This document shows positions 52,164 to 63,719 of a stretch of 64,000 nt of DNA, piece after piece; the stretch's first letter is position 1, and each line of letters starts with the position of its first letter. A program made the position numbers and the translations under genes. The notes under the pieces were generated by a model. The model made no database searches, was not told the DNA's origin, and was given only the letters and a program-made list of their open reading frames with translations. The DNA comes from Anaerohalosphaeraceae bacterium (GTDB lineage Bacteria > Planctomycetota > Phycisphaerae > Sedimentisphaerales > Anaerohalosphaeraceae): positions 32,001 through 96,000 of the forward strand of contig CAXXSL010000019.1 of NCBI GenBank assembly GCA_963675525.2. The letters run 5' to 3'.

Positions 52164-55100
52164 CTAACTGCCCGGTGTTGGCGTTGCCGCCGACCAGTTG
52201 GCGTAGTCTCGTACGTAGGCCGATTCGTCGATTCGCTGCAGAGAATCTCCTTCGCCATCAGGACCGTTACCCGGTGTTGTCGTCGGCCAGGGGGCTTCGT
52301 CGTCGTAGTCAATCTTTTCGATGGGAATCCAATAGCGTTTGGCTCGTGACCGTATTCCCAGTCACCCGGGAATCTGAAGTTCAATCTGTTCACCGCCGTT
52401 GTCTCAGTTTCCCGTCATAAGGTCCATAGACAGGCCGGCTGTAAATCGTCAATGTCGGATCTTTGGCAACGAGGATGTATGCCGTAAGCCGGGATCACCG
52501 TGTTAGTCGGGAACTCATAGCCGGTTCCTTCCAGACGCCAGGGGATACTTCTCGGTGACAAAGGACGCCCGGAGACGTATATCGATCCGCCGGTGGCATC
52601 CGACATCAGCGTGACAGGCGAACCGGTGCGATTATACAATTCAACAAACTCATAATCGCCGCTCCCTCCGTCGGATTGTAGTGGATCTCCGTAATCACGA
52701 CATCCGGGATCAGGGGATTGCTGTTTTCAGCTGCCCTGGCTGGGGGCGATCAACCATGCGGGTAAAGTCGTAACCGCCGGACAATGTCCGCTCTTTTCAT
52801 ACCGTCCTATTGTCACGCCCGTTTCCGTGGCATCAAAATTTTCCTCGGTCTGGTAATATCCGGTGATCTGTCCGCTTTCGCCGGAGGTCAGATAGACCGT
52901 TTCGCCGGCTTCACTGAGACCGAACGGGAAGTATTGCAGCCCGGCGCCAGCGGGTCGCCGAAAGTGACATCCTCAACAAAGTACGACGTAGCCGTATGCC
53001 GGGATCGAGGTGCTTTGGATTTCATACTTCATGAGGTTCGGATCGTCATTGTTATTATCCGACAGGAACCATCCGCTGATGTTAATCGTATTGGCGGTTG
53101 TATTATACAGTTCAATCCAGTCCGGCTCGGATCACTTGGCCCGTCATGCGAATGGGCCAATACCTCATTGATGACAATACTGCCGGGGGCCAGAACAGTG
53201 CTCGCCCGCCTCGCCCGGCGTTCCGCCTTCGGAAACGCTGGCTCGCCAGCCGATCTTTTCATCCCACAGAAGCGGATCTTGTTCGAGCGGATCCCGAATC
53301 GTCAGCGAGAAGCCGAAGCCGTCTGTCAGGTCATACCAGCCATCCTTGTAGTTGAATTGATGGATAATCGTACCGTTGCCGTCGACCAGTTCGACCTTTT
53401 CGCCGGCGTTATCGAGAAAGCCGGTATACTGACCGGCAACGGAGCCGCTGGACGATGGGTATCGTGTATTAAATGCCCCCGTATTTTGAACCACCACAAC
53501 ATAACCATAGCCGGCCGGTACGCGTGACATCGCCAAATGTAAAATCAATGCCGTTGGTGAACTGAACCAGGTTCAAATTGACCGCTGAAGTACCGATGTT
53601 TTTCACCTCGATAAACTCAGTATTCAGGTCGGTCGGATGATACATGATCTCGGTAATGCGAAGCGAACCGGCAAGCCGCTCGTCCACATAGGCACGGCCT
53701 CATGTAAAGCGCTCCATGTTGAACCGTCTTTCCGACGGGCCTTAACGATGGTTGACTTATCCAGTGTAATGGGCGTTCCATCGAACAGAGTCGCGGTGCT
53801 GCTGACGTTGCCCGTCCAGTATTCTCTCGGGTCGGTGCCGTCCAGTGTGTAATAAATGCTGCCTGTATCCACTCATGTCAAAGCTACATGGTACAGACAC
53901 ATGGTAGCCGGACTGCACGCTGGAATTAATCGTAAACGTACCGGCGGCTCGAATGACGGATACAGGATTTGCTTCTGGAAGAAGCTGATCGCATTGCTGG
54001 CTTTCTCACCCATCCAATCGTGAATATCCGAAACAGACGACATCCCAATGGTCATTCTTTCGTGTAAAGATCGATAGGAGAGTTCTGGTATACGTGGATT
54101 GCGTAAACATCCCGACGATAATCGCCCCAGCGAGCCGATTCGGCAATGATCGCATCCTCCAGTTCGGTCACACGACTGTTAAACATAGCCTGGGCCGAAG
54201 CGGCGGTCAAAGCACCATCGTTGTAGAAGTACTTATACACCCGGTCAGCAAACCGGATTCTGAATTCGGCAAAATTATCCAGATAACCGGTCAGGAAGTT
54301 TCCAGCCTGTTTCGGCGAAGATAGATTCTTTCGTTGGATCACCAACCGTGCCTATCTTCAAAGACCCGCTCTGTATCCCACAGATAGTACCGCCAGGGTG
54401 CAGTCGAAGATGACCGCCGCCGGCCGCCGCCCAGTTCGAAGTTGATTTCATGTCACGGTTCCAGGCCCAGCACTGAACGATGCTCCAGTCGATGACGTTA
54501 TCGATATCCAGTTTTGCACAAATATTCTTCCCAGTCTGATTGACTCGAAGAACTGGCCGCGTGAACATCACTTTTCAGATTATCCCACGAGTCGCTGGTG
54601 CCGTCTACCATCTCATCACCCGCTTTGATGGCATCATACCAGTCGCTGTCACCACCGCGAGTAATTGCCGCACAATGTGAAGCCTCCGGGACGCTCATGC
54701 ATATTATAAACACCCCAGTACAGACCGTCGATATAAAGATGGACAAATGTTCCGCTGCCGCCGGATCCTCTTGGCCCATCGCAACGATACAGTCTCGAGC
54801 AACCTGATCGCGGAGCATCGTACCTATGGCTCGCTGGCTGGTACATGTTGTGGGTCCATGAATTGTTATAACAGGCTCGAAGGTGTAAGGCATCAAACAC
54901 ACCGACAGAGGTTTGATGATCCAGTATGTCACTCTTTAGACTGTGAAGACCCATACCCGCCCCTGAAACGCAGGCTGAACGAATGCTTTCCATCATTGGT
55001 GACTTTCCTGCTATTGCCGCCCTGAAGCTTGAAGCCGCAATCGATCTGGAACGTGTCATTGGGATCACCATTAAAGTATTCAGCAGAAGCAGGCCGTTCC

Positions 55101-57695
55101 CAAAGACCGGACTCCTTTCTTCCAGGGTATTCGTATAGATGCCTTCGGAGCTTCCAAAAATACCGGCAGGATCCGATACGACTGACAGCGTCGGTATGTC
55201 CAGCAAGGCGTCTTTAATAACGGCTTTGGCCTGCTCCACGGTATAACCGGCATTGCCGGCAACAAGCTTAATATCCGTTGAATTGTTTTCCATATCAAAA
55301 TCCACAGGGGTACCGCCCCAACTGGTTGCATAGCGAGAATCGTTGGGTCGGGTCTGAGTGACGACGTCATCAAGGAACAGATACGTCTGTGTATCAATAT
55401 TGCTGGGCAGCAAGCCTGTTTTATATGCCTTTGCCCGCAGACAGGTTGTCGTAGAGATGTTAATCGGCCCTGTGTAAAGCGCCGACGATTGGTCCGGCTC
55501 GGTACCGTCGGTCGTGTAACGGATCTGAGCCCCGATCGTACCACAGGAAATCGTCACATTAAAGGGAGTTTCATAAAACCCGCGTGAATGACTAAAGTTT
55601 GTGTCATCGACCATGCCCGGCAGTGCGGCACCGTTTGCTGCACCGGACCATTGATCATTGACCCGGGTTCCCGGCGTCGGCGTGGTCAGATACCCGATGG
55701 TTTCATCCGATCCGATACCGTAGGACGTCCACGGGAACTGTTTGGGATAGTCGTTATAGGCGTAAGATACCGTCGTGCCGTCTGATGCGACGACCGCTAA
55801 GTATCCTCCATTGCCCACCCAGTTCAAAGTTCGTATGCAGGGCACCGTAGTCATCCACTAAAGGGGTAATTGGCCGGGAATGTGATCTGTTCCTTATTGG
55901 AAGCGAACACAATCATGTATTCATCGGGATCCAAGGATTAGCGCGCTGCCCATATCGGACGGGAACTGCCATTTGGTCAGCTCATCCGGATTATCCGTCA
56001 GATACCAGCCTGCCAGATCAATGGATTCGTCACCGTTGTTATGCAGTTCAATCCAATCCGGGTGTGTCGCTCCCCGTCTGAGACCATCTCCATCAATACG
56101 GGTGGTCGTCCAGGGATAATTTGTGTAAATATCCATCGAATTGATGTACGGGATATACGAATTGATCGCCATGAACTCGCTAATCACGATCGTCTGTGCC
56201 GATGGAGAACGATAGGTTCCCGATGCTTGTGTTGTTTGCTGGGATGTAATGATCACCGATTGGTTGCTCGGAGTCACCCAGTCTTGGACAGCATTGAATT
56301 GAACCGTGTGCGTCCCTGCCGACAACGACGAGACGGTTGCACCGGAAGCATTCCATGCGCCACCGTCAACACGCCATTGGGCGCCGTCAGAGACAGCTTC
56401 CGCCGGTAAAATCGTCACTTGCAGTGAACCGGTCGAGTCAGTATAGGTTCCCGAAACCTGTGTTGTTTGGCTGGCGTGTAATAGTTACCGATTGATTGGC
56501 CGGAGCCGCCCAGCCGCCAACAACAGAATATTCAACAGTGTGATCACCTTCCGTCAAAGGCGATACGGTTGCACCGGAAGCAATTCCATACGCCGCTGTC
56601 GACACGCCATTGGGCACCGGCAGAAACAGCTCCCGCATGGTGAAATGGTAACCTGCAGCGAACCGTTCCAGTCGTCCTGCCAGCTTTGTCCCAGAAGGCT
56701 TAAATCCGACATTTTAACCCAATTGTCGCCATCCAGATCCGCGGCTTTTGTGCCTGTGTTATCCAGCCAGACCAGGCCGACCAATCTCCAGGTCCAGCCA
56801 GGGTGACCTTGCAGTCGCCGTCCACATCGCCGACAGGGCAAACCGGGTCAGAAACGGTTACGGTATCGCCGTATCCGGAGTCGCATTCAGTAAGCCGTCT
56901 GTGGCGTCAATCTGCAGTTCGTAAACCCCCGCAGCCGGAAAACGCACAGTGACCTGCGGTTGGTGAACATCCGTTACGAATGTAACTGTCGCCGGACCGC
57001 TAATTTGTGACCAGGTACTCTCAGGAAGCCCATCGGTTCCCCCCAGCCATCATCTGAAACTGAACCGGTTAATGTCAGGTATTGCTGGGGAAGCGTGATC
57101 GTCTGCGGACGTGCCGGCGCCAACGGTTGGTGGATTATTCACAGGATCGCCCGAGGCTTTCTTCGGGACCGGTCACCGCTTGGTGCCGCTAAACTGTCAA
57201 GCTGAATAACAAACTTATCCAGTCAGGGTGCCCGCTTCGCGATAGCTGATTTCCAGAACATGGTCTGCCTGTGGTGAGAGTGTCAACCTGTGTATTGTCT
57301 GTGGACCACCAGCCGAAATACCGACCGTTCTCAATATTCCAACTGCCGCTGTCAATACGCCAGAAGAAGGAATCAGCAGTACCGGCATTGGAGTACATCC
57401 GAAACCAGAACCTGTAGTTGCCGCTGGTCGAGATATTAAAGTCATACGTTGTAATACAGTCGGCGGTTGTACATGCAGGAGCAGTATTGGTGTGACCGTA
57501 CTCAGGACCAATCACAAGATATGTACCATTGGAAGCGCCGGCATCAGTACCGGTTGTCCAGCGACTGCCTAATGTCCCGTTTTCCGATTCCATCGACAGG
57601 ACACCTCCGCTTTCCTGGTATTCAGCAATAGAATGAGATGTCAGCACGATACAAAAAACAAAGCATAAGAGTAAACAATAACACTTATTAGACAT
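52164..57695 (-). CDS. Giant secreted protein (~1800 aa): CBM-like, PKD-like, dockerin-like, PEGA-like repeats, lamin-tail domains, Fn3-associated, CotH-kinase-like; heavily frameshifted
   Basis: Fragments: signal + YQESGGVLSMESE; ADLDGDNWV..SDL; AQWRVDGGAW; VISEFMA..DWIELHN; IRYTTDGTEP; FVHLYIDGLYWGVYNMHER; AESARWGD; LRITEIMYHP; VINEVLAH; ends NWSAATPTPGS*. Confidence 0.8.
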
Positions 57696-58133
57696 AATTT
57701 TACCTTTCAGTTCATTTCAGATAACTATAAATATGCCAAAATCACCGTCCGACCGAAAAGTCCGGTTCAATATGGTCAAAATCGTAAATGTTAATGTTTA
57801 AGATCGCCCACACGGGTTTCATCCCACCACACCTAAATTCATAACTTACGCCCGCAACCCCACATTGCCGCACAGAAGCGGGAACTTCCAATCGCGATAA
57901 GTATAAATAAGAGCGGTTATTTGTGCTTATGCGCCCCCATAAATACACAGATTCTACAAAAAAAAAACCGCTCACTCTACGCAGTTTTCAACCCCTAGCC
58001 GATTATAGAAAAAACCACCTCAACGTTCAAGGATCCTCTGATCCGCCGACACGGAATTCCCAGACCGTACAACTATTCATCGACACCAAAATCTTTGTTC
58101 ATTATCAATATATGTAGAATATCACATGAATAT

Positions 58134-58208
58134 GAGAAAAACCCTCCTTGATTCCGACAAGTACTCGCCTATTATATAGTTATAAAAAGAGAAAATCCTC
58201 CCTGATTC
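58134..58208 (-). repeat. Imperfect direct repeat pair in AT-rich upstream region
   Basis: GAGAAAAACCCTCCTTGATTC (58134) and GAGAAAATCCTCCCTGATTC (58189). Confidence 0.65.
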
Positions 58209-58531
58209 TTGCAAACACTTACCATATACTTAGGTTAGTGGAACATTTTAAACCTAAACGGAAAGAATTTACCCCGTACAGTTTTACCTGTGAGTATCAC
58301 AGCGAAAAAGCAAATTGTCAGTTTCGTTTTTGGGTGCCAATATACACAAGTCATCCCAAAAACCTTAAATTTCGTGTTATCAGTACTGTAAACGCAGTTT
58401 TGCATCGGTTTTGGGATAGATTCTAAAAACTCCTTGCCATCGTTGAGTATGTTAGCCCCTTTGCTGAAAAGATTTCCCTTTTAGGCGTTCGTACTCAAGG
58501 TCTATCGATGCGATAGTCCCTTTCAATGATG

Positions 58532-59773
58532 CTAGCGTTTCAGAAACGCACCCATCCGCTGCATCGCCTCATCGATCCTGTCAAGATCGTGTACCAGTGG
58601 GCCGTAGGATAGACGTACGGCCTGTTGGAGGGTTTCGCCAAATCCCCATCCCGGGACCACAATCACACCAGTATTTTCCAGTATCCGGCGAGTGAATGCG
58701 GAACTTTCCGCATCCGTTCGCACGACGGTATAGAGCCCGCCCTGTGGAATCAGGCAGGGCATCTTTAAGAATTTTTCTATGGCCTGAACTGTTCGCTGGG
58801 CCGCGGTTTTGTAAAGTTGGGCGGTGTGGCGAATATAAGGTTTGATACTGTCGATGGCGATGCCATGGGCAATATAATCGGTCAACGCCATTTGATGGAG
58901 ACTATCCGGGCAGAGAATACTCGATCCCTGGACTGCTTCCAGTGCCTCTACGATTTGGACCGGAGCCTCCACCCACCCAAGCCTTCGACCCAAACCGCGA
59001 CACCATTTGGAATTTGAATGGATGGAGATATAGTTTTCATTGGGACCCCAGGAAAAATAGTCCGGTGGCGTATCCTGCCAGACTAATGCCTTGTAGGCAA
59101 AATCAACCACCAGAAAACTGCCGACTTCCTGTGCGGCTTCCAGGACAGCTTTGACAAAGGCGGTCGAAGGGACCTGTGAGGTCGGATTGTCCGGGGCACA
59201 CAGGAGAATCACCTTCGGTTTTTCCCGACGGATGAATGAAGCGAACTCATCTATCTTCTCATCGGCCACATAACGCCATTGGTCTGTGTCCAGCACGGAA
59301 AAACGCGCAATCTTCACGCCTTCGAGGGAGGATGCCTGTGAGGGATAGTTGCAGTAGGATGGGTCCGGCAGGAGTATTGTATCGCCGGGATCAAGCATGA
59401 TGTGCATCAGATTAAAGGTCATCTGGGATGAGTTACACCCAATCGCGATATTCTCCGGTGCCAGTTCCATATCCGGCCCGTAAAGGTGCTTTTCGAAATC
59501 CACCAGCGCGCGGCGGCATTCCGGCATCCCGATCGTGGGCGGATAGGCACCGCTGCTGTGAAATCGCTGCCCGTCCTGAATGATGTCCGCATACGCCTGG
59601 CGCAGTTCATCAGGCGACTCATGGTTGACCCAGCCTCCCGAAAAAGAAATCACCTCATCAGGATTGAGTCCGACTTCCTTGAAGAATTGCGGGTTTGCCA
59701 GGTCCATGATTTCACGGACAGGCGACTTGGTGTTTTTAAATACAGTCACTTTTTTGGAGATAGAGGGTTTCAT
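58532..59773 (-). CDS. Class I/II PLP-dependent aminotransferase
   Basis: PDNPTS, VVDFAY, SNSKWCRGLGRRLGW, PQGGLY, VVPGWGFG, VRLSY. Confidence 0.92.
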   Translation of the reverse strand: MKPSISKKVTVFKNTKSPVREIMDLANPQFFKEVGLNPDEVISFSGGWVNHESPDELRQAYADIIQDGQRFHSSGAYPPTIGMPECRRALVDFEKHLYGPDMELAPENIAIGCNSSQMTFNLMHIMLDPGDTILLPDPSYCNYPSQASSLEGVKIARFSVLDTDQWRYVADEKIDEFASFIRREKPKVILLCAPDNPTSQVPSTAFVKAVLEAAQEVGSFLVVDFAYKALVWQDTPPDYFSWGPNENYISIHSNSKWCRGLGRRLGWVEAPVQIVEALEAVQGSSILCPDSLHQMALTDYIAHGIAIDSIKPYIRHTAQLYKTAAQRTVQAIEKFLKMPCLIPQGGLYTVVRTDAESSAFTRRILENTGVIVVPGWGFGETLQQAVRLSYGPLVHDLDRIDEAMQRMGAFLKR

Positions 59774-59830
59774 GCTTTTACCTCATGCATTCTGTTTCCA
59801 AATTTAGGCCGGGGTTTCCTCACGCCGGCC

Positions 59831-61141
59831 TTATTCTTTCTTCTCGCTCGCGGAACACGGTTTATGTTTACGCCAGAAATTGGCGAGTATCGATCCGGAG
59901 ACATTCATCCATGGACTGAAAATTGCTGCCGCCAGCCCCAACGTAGCCAGTTTGCCCAAATCGTTGGCGATGCCGAACGCCATGCCGCCGTTTTGCATTC
60001 CGACTTCCATAGCCACCGTGCGCGCATCGTTTTGCTTAAGACCCAACAGGCGACTGAGCCAGTAACCTAACAGGTAGCCGGTTACGTTATGCACCGCTGC
60101 CGCAACGCACAGCAGTAACCCGACGGCCAGCAGTTCGTTACGTCCCGAGGCCGTTGCGATGGCCGTGAAGTAGATAATACCAAACATTGAGAACACCGGC
60201 ATGAAGCTGTCCAGGTTGCGCAGTTTCAGTGTGATACAATGATAGATGACGCCCATCAGAACTGCGCCCAACAGGAAACCGAACACCTTGATTAAATTTA
60301 TCATCCCGGGGGCCGTAAATGTTTCCGTGATAAGATTCCAGCCGCCGCCCATGAGAAACAGCAGCCACGCAGCGCCGGTCCCGGCGATCCCATACACGGT
60401 TATCTTTTGTTTGCCGCTGATATACTTAAGCAGGTCATGGATCATCGCCGCACCGATCGGAGCGACAACGATTTTGAAGATCGACATCATGGCGGCGACG
60501 AATTCGAAATTCTTCTCGACACCGGTATTCAGAGTCGTCAGCCAAAAAGGTGTTATAAACGGCGCCAATGCCGTAGCGCAAGCCGTTAGCGTGATCGACA
60601 GCGGCAGATTGATGCGCGCCATGTGCGCCATCACATTTGAGGCCAGCCCGCTGGAGCATGAACCAATCAGTACAAGTCCGGCGCCGATCTCCGGCGGGAA
60701 TCCGAGTACTTTGGCCAGGCTGAAACCGACCAGCGGCATGATCGTGAACTGGCATATCAGACCGACTAAAACCGCGTGCGGCATCCTGGCTACACCCGCG
60801 AAGTCGCGGATACTCATCTGTGTGCCCATGCCGAACATCACCAGTTGGATGATAATCAAGACCGCCCAGGGGTGGTTTATCTTAATCGAAAAGGTTTCGG
60901 TGATTTGCGGATTGAGGAACGCATGCGGAAAAAGCAGCGGACACACGACCGCCGCCACAATCCACGCGGTGAACTGATAGCCTCGCAGCAAAGGAATCGC
61001 GCCAAGTCCGATCGGCAGTGCAATCACGGCGATGGCTCCGGCGGCCTTGGCTATTGCGATGGCACCGGTTGCCCACGCAATTAGTGTAATGAGCAGTGCA
61101 ATCGGAAACAGCCCCAGTGCAACCTTGCGAACAGCCAGCAT
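59831..61141 (-). CDS. Bile acid:sodium symporter (BASS) family transporter
   Basis: MFGMG, QFTIMP, SSGLASNV, EVGMQNGG. Confidence 0.92.
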   Translation of the reverse strand: MLAVRKVALGLFPIALLITLIAWATGAIAIAKAAGAIAVIALPIGLGAIPLLRGYQFTAWIVAAVVCPLLFPHAFLNPQITETFSIKINHPWAVLIIIQLVMFGMGTQMSIRDFAGVARMPHAVLVGLICQFTIMPLVGFSLAKVLGFPPEIGAGLVLIGSCSSGLASNVMAHMARINLPLSITLTACATALAPFITPFWLTTLNTGVEKNFEFVAAMMSIFKIVVAPIGAAMIHDLLKYISGKQKITVYGIAGTGAAWLLFLMGGGWNLITETFTAPGMINLIKVFGFLLGAVLMGVIYHCITLKLRNLDSFMPVFSMFGIIYFTAIATASGRNELLAVGLLLCVAAAVHNVTGYLLGYWLSRLLGLKQNDARTVAMEVGMQNGGMAFGIANDLGKLATLGLAAAIFSPWMNVSGSILANFWRKHKPCSASEKKE

Positions 61142-61794
61142 TACACCAACTCCTGAGCAAGTTGCTCAATCGCCAGCCGGGGGCTGGAGAGAACCGGCAC
61201 TGTCACTTTATCGGCAGGAAGGCTGCTGACCACGCGTGCCATGGAGGCCTGGGCCAAAACGACGACATCGACTTTGCCGGCCAGTTCGAGGATACCCTCG
61301 GACACGATTTTGTCGTGGGTAGCGGCATCACCTGAAATTACCGCTTCAAAGGCTCCTTCGCACAATTTTGCCGTCACTTCAAGGTCCTCCGCTGCTTGCC
61401 TTCGGATGAGATCAACCGTCGGATTCAAGGTGGACGGCAGGGTGGCAATCACACCGATTCGTTTACCAGCCTCAATGGCCTTGGTCGCCATCGGCTCATC
61501 CACCCGCATCACCAGGGACTCAACCAATTCACGTCCGATTTCAGTAGCCTTGCCGATGGAGGAGCAGGTCACCAGAATTGCGTCCGTACCTGCCTGGTCA
61601 GCAGACAGGATGTGATTTACCACACGTCGGGCTGTCGGTTTGGTAAGGTAGCCTTCTTTGATAATATCCTTGAGCAGGCTCTCATCGACCATGTGTATCA
61701 ATTCGATATCGGGCAGCAGTTCCCGGCACAGTTCACCGAACACCGGGATCATGACGCCCGAAGTATGGATTAACGTCAAACGTTTCTTCTTCAT
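61141..61794 (-). CDS. Asp/Glu/hydantoin racemase-family protein
   Basis: LIHTS, LVTCSSIG, RVDEPMA, VVLAQASMA, VLSSP. Confidence 0.85.
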   Translation of the reverse strand: MKKKRLTLIHTSGVMIPVFGELCRELLPDIELIHMVDESLLKDIIKEGYLTKPTARRVVNHILSADQAGTDAILVTCSSIGKATEIGRELVESLVMRVDEPMATKAIEAGKRIGVIATLPSTLNPTVDLIRRQAAEDLEVTAKLCEGAFEAVISGDAATHDKIVSEGILELAGKVDVVVLAQASMARVVSSLPADKVTVPVLSSPRLAIEQLAQELV

Positions 61795-62740
61795 GCGTTT
61801 CTCCTCTTGAGGATGGCTTGGGCAGCGGCTACGATATCTGCCACGCCGATTTTGTAATAGTCCAGCAAGGGTTCAGGCATGCCGGAACGAGGAAAGCAGT
61901 CTTGTATGCCCAATCGTTTCATGGGGACCGGGCATTCCTCAACACTTAACTCGGCAATCGCACTGCCCAGACCGCCGATGATGTTGTGGTCTTCAATGGT
62001 CACGGCTGCACCTGTTTGTTCTAAAAGTGTGACAATGCCGTCCCGGTCCAGAGGTTTAAGGGTATGGACATCCACGACCGTAGCTTTGATACCTTCTTTG
62101 CTAAGGGCTTCAGCTGCCAATAGGACGCGATTGACCACAAAGCCGTTCGTAAACAGGGTGATGTCTTTGCCGTGTTCGGCCAGGATACGAATTTTGCCCA
62201 GTTCAAAGGGGACATTTTCACAATCCACAATCGGATCACGGCCGCTGCCGATACGCATGTAGGCCGGACCGTTGACTTTGTAAATAGCACGCGTAGCATG
62301 CCGTACCTGCCTTCATCGGCCGGAACCACTACGGTAATGCCGGGAATCGTGCGAACGATGCCAAGGTCTTCAAAAAACTGATGCGTCACGCCTTCACGTT
62401 CACCCGCGCTGATGCCGCCGTTGGCGCCAACCAGCTTGACATTCAATCCGGGATAGGCCACAAAGGTTCGCACCTGTTCACAGGCTCGCATGGTAATGAA
62501 ACCGGCATAGGTTGCGACAAAAGGGATCAGTCCGCAGGTTGCCAAACCGGCTGCACAGTCTACGGCGTTCTGTTCGGCAATGCCCACGTCAATGAAGCGG
62601 TCCGGGTATTTTTGGATAAAGTCTTTGCCCTTAACGACGAGTACCGAATCGGCACAAACCAAGACTGCCTTGGGACCCTGCTGCACCAGTTCTGCCATGG
62701 TTTCGATAAATGCAATACGGGTATTTCCTAAGGTGGTCAT
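61791..62740 (-). CDS. Transketolase C-terminal subunit (frameshift ~62310)
   Basis: DVGIAEQN, RACEQVR, GVTHQ; TLKPLD, EDHNIIGGLGSA. Confidence 0.92.
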
Positions 62741-63564
62741 GAGCAGGGCCCTCCTAAGTGACGCATGGCCTCTTGATATTCTTCTAGTGTGGGGACACGC
62801 TTATGCCATGAATTGTCACCCACCATGAAAGGAATGCCTTGCCCCTTAATGGTATGGGCCTGAATGACTGAGGGCCGATCCGTACAGGCCTGGGCTTTTT
62901 CAACAGCCGTGAGAATCTGACCAAACTCGTGGCCATCGATTTCCTGGCAATGCCAGCCGAATGCCTCCCACTTAGGCAGGATGGGATACAGGCCGCTGAC
63001 CTCATCCACGGGGCCGCCGCTCTGGATACCGTTATTGTCCACAAACACAATCAGGCGACCGGCTTTGTACTTGCTGGCAGCCATCGCCGCCTCCCAGATC
63101 ACACCCTCCTGAATCTCACCGTCACCGGTAATGACATAGGTGAAGTAATCGTGACCGGTGAGTCGTCCAGCCAGGACCATGCCCAGGCCGATGGAGACAC
63201 CATTGCCCAGTGAACCGGCGGTGCTGTCGATCCCGGGGGTTTTATTCATGTCGGGGTGTCCTTGTAGATTGGACTCCAGGCTGCGCAGGCCGGGCAATTC
63301 ATCGCGGGAGAAGTACCCCTTGCGTGCCAGCGTGGCATAGAGAGCCGGACAGGCGTGCCCCTTGGACAGGATAAAACGGTCACGGTCCGCTTTTCTGGGA
63401 TTCTTTGGATCCACGTTCATGATATCAAAATACAGGGCCGCAATCATGTCGGTCACCGAGAGCGAGCCTCCCGGGTGACCGTCGCCTGCCTTGTGAATCA
63501 TGGTGACGATATCAATCCTAATCTTTCGGGCGATATCCTCGAGTTTTTTAATACGATCTTGCAC
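62737..63564 (-). CDS. Transketolase N-terminal (ThDP-binding) subunit
   Basis: GHPGGSLS, DRFILSKGH, LQGHP, GDGEIQEG..WEA..DNN, HTIKGQG. Confidence 0.95.
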   Translation of the reverse strand: MQDRIKKLEDIARKIRIDIVTMIHKAGDGHPGGSLSVTDMIAALYFDIMNVDPKNPRKADRDRFILSKGHACPALYATLARKGYFSRDELPGLRSLESNLQGHPDMNKTPGIDSTAGSLGNGVSIGLGMVLAGRLTGHDYFTYVITGDGEIQEGVIWEAAMAASKYKAGRLIVFVDNNGIQSGGPVDEVSGLYPILPKWEAFGWHCQEIDGHEFGQILTAVEKAQACTDRPSVIQAHTIKGQGIPFMVGDNSWHKRVPTLEEYQEAMRHLGGPCS

Positions 63565-63719
63565 GTTTCTATTGCCTTTCCAGTCAATTAACTATAATAA
63601 TTTTAGGGTCACATCCATAATAATGGGAAATGCCACATAAATCAAATGTCTTCTCTGTGAGTTACCGACTACCGGCTTCAGCCGGCGGCAGTTGACTTTT
63701 TTATAACCTATTTAATGTG

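Noticed and set aside
52130..52420. Independent small ORFs or intron-like element
   Set aside because: Minus-strand frames join into the final lamin-tail domain of the giant gene (DYDDEAP...GDSLQRI...NWSAATPTPGS*).
41500..62400. Programmed frameshifting, phase variation or alternative genetic code
   Set aside because: Breaks are numerous indels without slippery heptamers or long tracts; standard stops end the conserved genes normally.
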